The position numbers were made by a program, and so were the translations under genes. Below, piece by piece: positions 13,706 through 23,109 of a DNA stretch of 64,000 nt (position 1 is its first letter; each line of letters starts with the position of its first letter). A model generated the notes under the pieces. That model did not search any database. It worked only from the letters and a program-made list of their open reading frames with translations, and was not told the origin of the DNA. The DNA is from Octopus sinensis (lineage: Eukaryota): positions 5,704,001 to 5,768,000 of the forward strand of contig NC_043021.1 in NCBI RefSeq assembly GCF_006345805.1. Direction: 5' to 3'.

Positions 13706-13787
13706 TTGGCTGACGAGCACTCAGCATCTTAAATCTGCTGTAATACAGCTTTTAATAAAATGTTGTAGTGCGAAACAATTGTACCAA
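13706..13787 (+). ncRNA. Type I hammerhead ribozyme motif (PLE type)
   Basis: TTGG-CTGACGA-GCACT...AGTGC-GAAA-CAATTGT-A^CCAA; predicted cleavage after 13783. Confidence 0.8.
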
Positions 13788-14707
13788 ATTACTGGAGTCA
13801 TTCTTGTTGCTTATTTTTTATTATAATCACCCTGCAAATTTTTATGGTGCATCTAAATTAAGTACCATATTCATTTGAATCTAAATTGTTACTGATATAT
13901 ATATTATATATATATAATATAGTGGAGGCACAATGGCCTAGTGGTTAGGGCAGCGACTCGCGGTTTCGATTCCCAACTGGGGTTGTGAGTTTTATTGAGC
14001 AAAAACACCTAAAAGCTCCACGAGGCTCCAGCAGGGTAGTATCCCTGCTGTACTCTTTCACCACTCTTCTTCCGTTGCCTGCTCACACTAGCCGCGGGTG
14101 GCGTTATTCGAAGGCTAAAACAATGCAAACGCATTGTGACCAGCGATGTGTAACAACATCTGATGGTCTGGTCGGTCACGTAAAAGATATATATATTTCC
14201 ATTCTACAAATTACACAGCCCAAGTGAAATCGAGAGGAAAATCAGAAAAAAAGAATTTTATTGATAAATTCGAACCCAGCTAATAAGCAATAATAATAAT
14301 ACTTAGATAGCAGGAAAATTATCTTATTTAGGGTTAAAAGTTCTATTGCCACCACCATCACCACTAGCAACAATAATTAAGGTGCTGACAATGATGATGA
14401 TGACAATTGAAATATAAAAATCTCTGACAAAGGCTATTTACAACATTTCTAAAAATAGCCCAACAATTGCTGCCTCACCCAGGGTTAAGATACAGACTCT
14501 TGACATGTTCAACAAAGCGTGACGCCTAAACCAATCAGCTCAACCAACCAATCAGCTTAAGTAATTGAGTGATACTACACACTGATTGGTCAGAATACAG
14601 TTTGCAAAACCTAGCAATCTGGAGCCTACTCAGCTGTATTTAAGGAACAGATTCAATCATCTCCCTACAGTCAAAAATTGTGAAGCATGACTGTCACCAC
14701 TACTACA

Positions 14708-14752
14708 TGAACCTGAAGATTGCAGAATTTAATGCATGAAAGTACTAGTTCA
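14708..14752 (+). ncRNA. Minimal type I hammerhead ribozyme motif
   Basis: TGAAC-CTGAAGA-tTGCAgaatttaaTGCAt-GAAA-GTACT-A^GTTCA; predicted cleavage after 14747. Confidence 0.8.
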
Positions 14753-14945
14753 ATCAGAATGAACATTTAACGTTCTACTATTTTATTTTATTCTATTATA
14801 TTATATTATCTTATAATATATCATTATAAGATTGTAAATAAAACGCGAAAATCAGACAAGGTTGGAATTCCTTTTATTAATATATTCTTCTATACACAAT
14901 CACACACACCCATATATATATATATATATCTGTAAATGTAATATG

Positions 14946-15279
14946 TGAAGGCGCATGGCTCAGTGGTTAGAGCGTCGAGCTTACGATCGTGAGGTTGTGA
15001 GCTCGAATCCCAGACCGGGCTGCGTGTTGTGTTCTTGAGCAAGGCACTTTATTTCACGTTGCTCCAGTTCACTCAGCTGTAGAAATGAGTTGCGACGTCA
15101 CTGGTGCCAAGCTGTATCGACCTTTGTCTTTCCCTTGGATAACACTGGTGGCGTGGAGAGGGGAGGCCGGTATGCATGGGCGACTGCTGGTCTTCCATAA
15201 ACAACCTTGCCCGGACTTGTGTCTAGGAGGGTAACTTTCTAGGTGCAATCCCATGGTCATTCATGACCGAAGGGGGGGT
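14946..15279 (+). mobile_element. tRNA SINE, family C (head gaaggcgcatggctcagtggttagag)
   Basis: A box and B box GCTCGAATCCC; partial copies near 16920, 46972, 61277 and 63677. Confidence 0.78.
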
Positions 15280-15318
15280 CTGTCTAAATGTAATATGTGG
15301 CAATTCTTCGGTAGCCAT

Positions 15319-15379
15319 GACAAAACTCCGAGTTTCGGATGCCGAGGTGGAAATCCACGCCGCCATCTCTTCAGTTATC
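15319..15379 (-). ncRNA. Hammerhead motif in the inverted pLTR
   Basis: GATAA-CTGAAGA-GATG...CATCc-GAAA-CTcggAGT-T^TTGTC on the minus strand. Confidence 0.7.
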
Positions 15380-15608
15380 CAGCCATCGGAAAAATGCTAT
15401 GAAAAATGACCCCAGACATCGGTTGAGGACTCTACCCCCACAGAAGAATTCAATATGGACGCCTATTACATTAATTATTCTATGAAAAACATACCTATAC
15501 CATCAAGGGAACTATACTCTAAGAAACTTTTGGAGAAAATTGCAGACCTGATTAAGCGCATGAGATGGAAAGCTAGGATCATTTTTCATAGCATTTTTCC
15601 GATGGCCG

Positions 15609-15669
15609 GATAACTGAAGAGATGGTGGTGTGGATTTCCACCTCAGCATCTGAAACTCAGAGTTTTATC
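15609..15669 (+). ncRNA. Hammerhead motif in the sense pLTR
   Basis: GATAA-CTGAAGA-GATG...CATCt-GAAA-CTcagAGT-T^TTATC. Confidence 0.72.
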
Positions 15670-16433
15670 ATGGCTACCGAATAATTGTCACATATTACAT
15701 TTACAGATAAATTCCTCTATTTACATAATATCGAGGTCTCTTTCTTTCTTTTGTTGTCTTACCATTTTTATCAATATATATATATATATATACATATATA
15801 CAACGGGCTTCTTTCAGTTTCCGTCTACCAAATCCACTCACAAGGCTTTGGTTGGCCCGAGGCTATAGTAGAAGACACTTGCCCAAGATGCTACGCAGTG
15901 GGACTGAACCCGGAACCATGTGGCTGGTGAGCAAGCTGCTTTATTTCATAGAAATTTGCCATAAAGGCATTACACAGAGTAGCTTGCGGGCTAGACATAA
16001 ACATTAATGAAGTGGATGATTATGATGAAAAATGATAAAGATGAGAGAAGGCAGAAGGTGCCTGCCGACCCTCTGCTTCTCTAAAACATTTTTTTTTCTC
16101 AAAAATTCATAAACTAAGGTAATGAACCTCTTACAAAAATGCAATTTCTTGGACCAAAAGTCCATACAATCAAAATATAGTCTATACGCCAATTAGAGGC
16201 AATAAACCTCTACACTTCCTCTGCCAGCAAATCTCATGCAACTTGCAGGCACTGTTTCCACCGAAATCGGGAATTCCACTGGAGAATTCTGAAAATCATG
16301 CCTCCACACGAGTCAATTATCATATTGCATTGTTTTCTCAGTGAGACTTGAGATACCTACCATTATGAATAATACCAAATGTACCTTTCGGATTTTTCAA
16401 AATGTGATGTAAGTCTTTGGTATAGCAATTGCA

Positions 16434-16527
16434 TGCGGCTGAAGAGAGCTTTAAACCATCCTTTATGTTTATTATACACTGATATAAGAATAGGTCGTTT
16501 TATAAAGCTTGAAACACGTGTACCGCG
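16434..16527 (+). ncRNA. Type I hammerhead ribozyme motif
   Basis: TGCGG-CTGAAGA-GAGCTTTA...TAAAGCTT-GAAA-CACGTGT-A^CCGCG; predicted cleavage after 16522. Confidence 0.82.
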
Positions 16528-16827
16528 ACATCCTTTGTGTTCTGTTTTTAATTTCATTTGATGCATATATATATATATCTGGTGGCACGTAAAAAGCACC
16601 ATCCAATCATGGCCATTTGCTAGCCTCATCTGGCACCTGTGCAGGTGGCATGTAAAAAGCACCCACTACACTCACGGAGTGGTTGGCATTAGGAAGGGCA
16701 TCCAGCTGTAGAAACACTGCCAGATCAGAGTGGAGCCTGGTGCAGCCTCCATGGCTTCCCAGATCCCAGTTGAACCGTCCAACTCATGCTAGCATGGAAA
16801 ACGGACGTTAAATGATGATGATGATGA

Positions 16828-16868
<41 letters not shown>

Positions 16869-17138
16869 GTACATATCTATATATATATAGATAGATAGAG
16901 ATAGAGATATATAGATATGATGATGCGTAGCCTAGTGGTTAGAGTGTTGCACTCACAATCATGAGATTGTGGTTTCAGTTCCTAGACCAGGTGGTGCATT
17001 GTGTTCTTGAGCAAGACACTTCATCTCAAGTTGCTCTACAATCATTTAAATACCTGATGTGTGGTACACTATGCAACTGATCAGGCAACATATTTCTAAT
17101 TTTGGAATTCAGTGAATAAACTTCACTGAAAATATATG

Positions 17139-17521
17139 GAAGCACTCCGTCGGTTACGATGACGAGGGTTCCGGTTGATCCGAATCAACGGAACAGCCTG
17201 CTCGTGAAATTAACGTGTAAGTAGCTGAGCACTCCACAGATACGTGTACCCTTAACGTAGTTCTCGGGGATATTCAGTGTGACACAGAGAGTGACAAGGC
17301 CGGCCCTTTGAAATACAGGTACAACAGAAACAGGAAGTAAGAGTGAGAGAAAGTTGTGGTGAAAGAGTACAGCAGGGATCACCACCATACCCTGCCGGAG
17401 CCTCGTGGAGCTTTAGGTGTTTTCCATCAATAAACACTCACAACGCCCGGTCTGGGAATCGAAACCGCGATCCTATGACCGCGAGTCCGCTGCCCTAACC
17501 CCTGGGCCATTGTGCCTCCAC
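17139..17521 (-). mobile_element. tRNA SINE, family B (head gtggagg(c)gcaatggccc.gtggttagggcagcgg)
   Basis: A and B boxes on the minus strand; near-identical to 53722-54112; partial copies at 13921-14190 (+) and 18271-18530 (-). Confidence 0.8.
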
Positions 17522-17560
17522 TGAAAATATATATGTTTACGAAGGCTAGACAGGTATCTT

Positions 17561-17626
17561 CAGCTAGCAGGCCAGACTGATGACGAGCAAGACTCAGAAA
17601 CATGTCTCTGGATGCAGGCCTAGCTG
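17561..17626 (+). ncRNA. Type I hammerhead motif with extended stem I
   Basis: CCAGA-CTGATGA-cGAGcaagaCTCa-GAAA-CATGT-C^TCTGG, plus a distal stem CAGCTAG/CTAGCTG. Confidence 0.82.
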
Positions 17627-17926
17627 TTGGGGGTGCTTGTCTCCCCTTTGTAAACATAAGGATGCAGGAAATGTGTCAAGGCCGACAGGAAGTGTTGATG
17701 CTTCCTAGGGCTAAACAGCGGTGGTGTAATTCCCTCTATGGGACTGTCAAGTTAAGTTGACAGTATACAACTGATCTATCGTTCCACCACCGCTCATATC
17801 TCTCTGAGATATTTAGAAATTTAATATTTCTAAGTATATATATATATATATATAATATATATATATATATATACTAAAAGTACAAAGTGAATTTGCATTT
17901 TTATATTTTTATAATTGTACTTTATA

Positions 17927-18057
17927 ATCTCTGATGAGGCCTTGAGATATATATATATATAAGAAACTCATTTTTAACTGCATATTACCTCAATACATCT
18001 GACTAATATAGGCAGAATGAGATAACCTTTATCTACAGGCTGAAACAGCTGTAAGAT
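17927..18057 (+). ncRNA. Hammerhead motif with a 75-nt interruption in stem II
   Basis: ATCT-CTGATGA-GGCCT...AGGCT-GAAA-CAGCTGT-A^AGAT; TGAGATA duplicated at 17943 and 18018. Confidence 0.7.
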
Positions 18058-18531
18058 CCATTTTGTGTGTATTATTTTTAGGGTATTATCTTGCTTATTG
18101 ATGTATATTGTTTTATTTTGTTGGATTTGGATGTTCCTATTTATGTAGTTATATATATATATATATATCATCATCATCATCATCATCGTTTAGCGTCCGT
18201 TTTCCATGCTAATAAAAGGAGCACTCTGTCAGTTATAACGGTGAGGGTCCCAGCTTATGTGATCAACAGAACAGCTTTCTCATGAAATTAACATGCAAGT
18301 GGCTGAGCACTCCACAGACACATGTACCCTTAACATAGTTCTCAAGGAGATTCAGCACGAACCAGTATGACAAGGCTGGCCCTTTGAAATACATTTTTGC
18401 CAGCTGAATGGACTGGAGCAATGTGAAATTAAGTGTCTTGCTCAAGGACACAACGCGTAGCTGGGAATTGAACTCATGACCTTACGATTGTGAGCCGAAT
18501 GCCCTAACCACTAAGCCACGCACCTTTACTC

Positions 18532-18567
<36 letters not shown>

Positions 18568-19984
18568 GCACACATATATGCCGGATGTGTTGGGCAGCTT
18601 GACAGGATTCAGTGAACCATAAAGCTATGTAGACCATAATGTCAGCTTTGATATGTTTTTGTATGGCTGGATGATCTTCCTGACACCAATCACTTTATAG
18701 AGTTTACTGGGTGCATTTCAGTGTCAACGGCACCAAGGAGGCTGTCTAGTAACTTGTAAGGCCAGAAAAGAAAGGAACAGGAAGAAGGGCAAAAATGGGT
18801 AAAGAACACCTGTGCCGGTGACACATAAAAAGCACTGTCTGAACATGGCAGATGCCAGCACCACCTGACTGGCATCCATGCCGGTGATAATAATAATAAT
18901 GTAAAAAGCACCATCCGATCGTGGTCATTGCCAGCCTCGCCTGGCCCCCGTGCTGGTGACACGTAAAAGCACCAACCGATCATGGCTGTTTGCCAGCCTC
19001 CTCTGGCCCCTGTGCCAGTGGCACGTAAAAAACACTCACGGAGTGGTTGGCGTTAGGAAGGGCATCCAGCTTTAGAAACACTGCCAAACCAGACTGGAGC
19101 CTGGTGCAGCCTCCATGGCTTACCAGACCCCGGTCGAACCGTCCAACTCATGCTAGCATGGAAAACGGATGTTAAACGATGATGATGATGATGATGATGA
19201 TAAGAAGGAAAAGGCTTCTTTGACTATATGTGGCAGAGGAATAGTATTTGAGAGGAGGAGTGGAAATCTTTCTAAGCCAGGTGAGATAGAAAAACAAACC
19301 AAGGTGGCTTGTAAAAGAGATTCAATGCTGAGTCGATGGAAAACTGAAAGAAGATAGAAGTGGTGGTGGGATGCTGGAGCATCCCAAGGTACTCGTGGGG
19401 TGGGGAACGGGAGTAGAGTTGCATGCAATAAGTGAGAGATACAGCAGTGGGTCAGGGACAAGTGGAGTGTGATGGTTCAGATGAGAGGGCATTGAAAGCG
19501 AAAGTAAGTAAGAGAGGTGTTGAGACTGGAGCATCGCAGAGGAGAGAGATCAATGGCTGAAGGCAGAATGGAAGATGATTGGTGGAAATAGTGTGGGCAG
19601 GGGATGGTAATAAGAAATGGAAGTGATTCTGGGGAGGTGGGCATGTAGCATGTGCCTATTCTGCTCTTAAGTGATTACAGCAGCCAAATAGAGAAGTGAA
19701 GGATGTTAGGGGATGAGATGTGGAGGAAATGCTGGAAAGGCAGAGAGAGAGGAACAGCAAGGCTCCAAACATAAAAGGATAACCAAAGTGATTTTAGGAT
19801 ATCATTTCCGCAAAGCACCCACTACACTCTCGGAGTGGTTGGCGTTAGGAAAGGCATCCAGCTGCAGAAACTCTGCCAAATCAAGACTGGAGCCTGGTGC
19901 AGCCATCTGGTTCACCAGACCTCAGTTAAATTGTCCAACCCATGCTAGCATGGAAAGCAGACGTTAAACGATGATGATGATGTG

Positions 19985-20215
19985 ATGGATGAGTCTTTTT
20001 CAACACAGCAAATCACCAATTATCTGTTTTTCATCATCCCCCCCATAAGGTTCAGCTTCTTGAAATCAACCTTCAATACATGATCCCATGTTTTCCTGGG
20101 TCTCTGTTTTCTACAAGTCCTATTCACTTTAAGTGATCGGCACTTCTTATGCAGCTGTCCTCATCCATACACATCACATGACCAAATCATCACAGTCTTC
20201 TCTCTTGCACACCTC
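19985..20215 (-). mobile_element. RTE ORF2 C-terminal fragment
   Basis: GVQERRL**FGHVMCMDEDSC / KKCRSL...RPRKTWDHVLKVDFKKLNL. Confidence 0.75.
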
Positions 20216-20966
20216 ATCTGATTCCTCTTATGTTTATTTCTTTTCCCAATATGTTTGCACTTTGTTACACATGCACACTGACATTGCACATCCAACATTT
20301 ACATAGTGAAAGTATTAATAGTGAAACCATTAAAACTGAAAGTATTATCTCACATTACAATAGAGATGTTATTGTTTCACTTTTGACACATAATACTGAA
20401 ATAGTGTAAGAGATAAGAGATTGCTCCGGGCTTGCTTTAGGTAAGAAGTTGAAAAGAAGTTTTGGCCCATGACAGTGCATAGACCCTAAGTAAGGCATAT
20501 GTAAAATTTGAATAAAATCAGTTGGGTAGTTCTTGAGTTTTAGGTATTCACACAACTTGGAGGTTGGTGACTGGAAGGGCATCCAACCACAGAAAACTGC
20601 CTTAATTCCATCTGACCCATGCAAGTATGGAAAAGTGGATGTTAAAGTGAATTTGGAACACAATGAACGGGAACATATTCTGCAAGGTTCCTCGTATGGT
20701 GCTCTGATGTCTTTACCACTTCACTGTCCTTGACTGCTACTTTATCTTTTGACCCTTAAAGGGTGTAAGACAAAGTGACTTAGCTACACAAATGTGTACC
20801 CCTATAGACTTTGTTTCCTCACAATGTTTCAGAAATATCTACCCCGACTTTGTTTCCTCATAACATTTTAGAAACATGTTTTTTAATGAAACTTTCTACG
20901 GATACCTTTTAAATGGCGTAGATGACGATTATATCAGAATTTAATGTGTGTGTGATATATATATAT

Positions 20967-21393
20967 GGCGAAGTTTCGCATGTCGTAGCTCAGATTTCCG
21001 TCGATTTCCGTAAAAAACTTTATTTTTTACATAAGTAATGAGAGCGAAAGAGACTAAGAGGAAGCGATTTATGACGAGAAGGTTTCTCTTGAAACACACA
21101 CATACATAGATACATACACACACACACATACATGCAGACATACATATACATACACCGAGTAAAAAATCAGTTATCTCTCTCTTTCTCTTCGCACACACTA
21201 ACAGAAGCACTTCACTTACACAACATACTGTCTGTCTCCCACACCCCATCAAACACACAACAGGCCGACTTCAAAGTGAAACCTTCTCGTCGTAAAATCG
21301 CTTCTCTTAGTCTCTCGCTCTCATTACTTATGTAAAAAATAAAGTTTTTTACGGAAATCGACGGAATCTGTGCTACTACAACCGAACTATGCC
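20967..21393. mobile_element. MITE with ~125-bp TIRs (GGC...GCC termini, ATATATAT flanks), Merlin-like
   Basis: Inverted arms are visible; core shared with 7784-8185. Confidence 0.75.
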
Positions 21394-21412
21394 ATATATA
21401 TATATATATATT

Positions 21413-21609
21413 GTAGGTCCCGGGTTGAGTCGGGGTTAACCACAGTAAATAAGGTACTCAATACATAGCAGAGTAAATTAATTTATTTTATAGAAGGAGC
21501 TTCTACAGGACTAGAACTGTTTCATTCAAAAGAAAATCACCAGGAAGCTTCCTGATGATTTCTTTTGAATGAAACAGTTCTAGTCCTGTAGAAGCTCCTT
21601 CTATATAAA

Positions 21610-21610
<1 letters not shown>
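21413..21610 (-). mobile_element. Short hairpin (inverted pLTR-type) element with hammerhead motifs, copy 1
   Basis: Palindrome centred on GGAAGCTTCC plus a one-sided ~75-nt tail; inserted in (TA)n; homologous to 24611-24812 in the opposite orientation. Confidence 0.75.
21546..21596 (+). ncRNA. Hammerhead motif in a hairpin element upstream of the FET promoter
   Basis: AGCTTC-CTGATGA-tTTCttttGAAt-GAAA-CAGttctagtcCTGT-A^GAAGCT. Confidence 0.72.
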
Positions 21611-21705
<95 letters not shown>

Positions 21706-22194
21706 GGTGGGGGTGTAGCATTTTCACTACAAACATTCAATATACTCAGATAGAAATATTTTAATTTTTTTCCTTGGAAACACTTTCACTTCTCGTTTCA
21801 TGGAACCTGAAAGCGAAGACGCGCCTATCTTTGATTTATTTGTAGGTACAAATACAGACAGAAAGAGAGAAAGCTCGACTTGAGCAATTGACTGGTTTAT
21901 CGTTTCTTGAAAGGGGAAAAAAAATGCAAAACTGACTTGAGCATGGTTTGAACTTAGTGAACAGAAATATAAAATGACTACCAACATAGCCTTTTATAAA
22001 GCTCTTATGGGTATTATTGACTCGTGGAGAGAAGGGAAGGGAAAGAGTCTCCGACAGATCAGTCAATAGAAGCAATATTGGTGATCAATGAAGATGGAGA
22101 AAGAGGAAAAAGAGTGAGATTTGTGGTGATGAGGAAGGAGGTTGTTTACGACTGTTTGTCACCTATGAAATAATATAGGAGGAGGGGGGGGCAG

Positions 22195-22565
22195 TTAGGG
22201 AGGGAGAGAGAGAGTGAGAGATACATACATACAAACATACCGAGAGAGAGGGAGGGAGAGAGAGAGAAATACACACAAACATACAGACAGAGAGGGAGGG
22301 AGAGAGAGAGCGAGAGATACACACAAACATACAGACAGAGAGGGAGGGAGGGAAAGAGAGAGAAATACACACAAACATACAGACAGAGAGGGAGGGAGAG
22401 AGAGAGAGAGAGAAATACACACAAACATACAGACAGAGAGGGAGGGAGAGAGAGGAGAGAGAGAAATACACACAAACATACAGACAGAGAGGGAGGGAGG
22501 GAGAGAGAGAGAAATACACACAAACATACAGACAGAGAGGGAGAGAGAGAGAGAGAGAGAGAGTG
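22195..22565. repeat. GA-rich minisatellite (aaatacacacaaacatacagacagagagggaggg... units)
   Basis: About eight ~45-bp units. Confidence 0.9.
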
Positions 22566-22939
22566 GGAAAGAATGAGAAATTGAGAGAGAGGGTATGAAG
22601 AAGGTGTAGAAACCGTGAAGAGGTGAATTGGGTGGGAAAAAAATAAAATCTACTAGGGAAAAGGATAGGAATATAAGGGGAGAAAGATAGAAAAGGAAAG
22701 CAAGGGAAAGAATAAGAGTGAAAAACTGTTTTATATACACAAATATATATATATATTTATTATATATAGTCAGTTAAGACATTAAGCATTTTAACACTCT
22801 CTCTCTCTCTTTAATAAAGACATTCTATCTTTCTCTGTATATATAACTAGAGAGAGGGATAGAAAGAGTGAGAGAGAGATAGAAAGAGTGAGAGAGAATG
22901 GCAAGAGAAGCAGAGAGGGAGCATAGCTAATGTTCAAAA

Positions 22940-23096
22940 AGCAACCAATGAAAAACGTTTGTACAGTGCGAGAGGTGGAGACCTACGTCATCAATCGGGC
23001 TCTGCTCCTTCGTCTCTTAGTCATCCTCACACTATAACTCCACTTGCCACTGCTTTAAGCTTACTGCGCAGTCGCAAACCAGACAACCATACCAAC
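22940..23096 (+). promoter_or_regulatory. FET gene promoter and 5' UTR
   Basis: CCAAT at 22945, ATF/CRE-like TACGTCA at 22984, palindrome ACTGCGCAGT at 23063-23072; CpG-rich relative to its flanks; directly upstream of the ATG. Confidence 0.65.
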
Positions 23097-23109
23097 ATGG
23101 CTGAACCAC
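23097..23109 (+). CDS. FET exon 1 (MAEP-, 13 nt)
   Basis: accaacATGGCTGAACCAC|gtaagt; lies just downstream of a promoter-like CpG region; phase 1 matches exon 2. Confidence 0.85.

Larger units (their letters stand above)
15286..15707 (+). mobile_element. Non-autonomous Penelope-like element: inverted pLTR, N-terminal ORF fragment, pLTR
   Basis: ~125-bp inverted arms each carrying a hammerhead. Internal ORF 15455-15613 MDAYYINYSMKNIPIPSRELYSKKLLEKIADLIKRMRWKA resembles the N-terminus of PLE RT/GIY-YIG ORFs. Confidence 0.8.

Noticed and set aside
14946-15030. tRNA-like sequences (also at 17440-17521, 43676, 53125 and 54040)
   Set aside because: They have A and B boxes but imperfect cloverleaves and continue into SINE bodies, so they are SINE heads rather than tRNA genes.
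17530-17567. Minus-strand CTGAAGA overlapping hammerhead 5
   Set aside because: It is followed by GTAAAC rather than GAAA, and no stems form. Hits at 11508, 50755 and 55007 fail for similar reasons.
19200-19780. Purine-rich unique-looking stretch (and a pyrimidine-rich one at 60700-61100)
   Set aside because: Possibly old retroelement remnants, but I could not recognise any motif, so no call was made.
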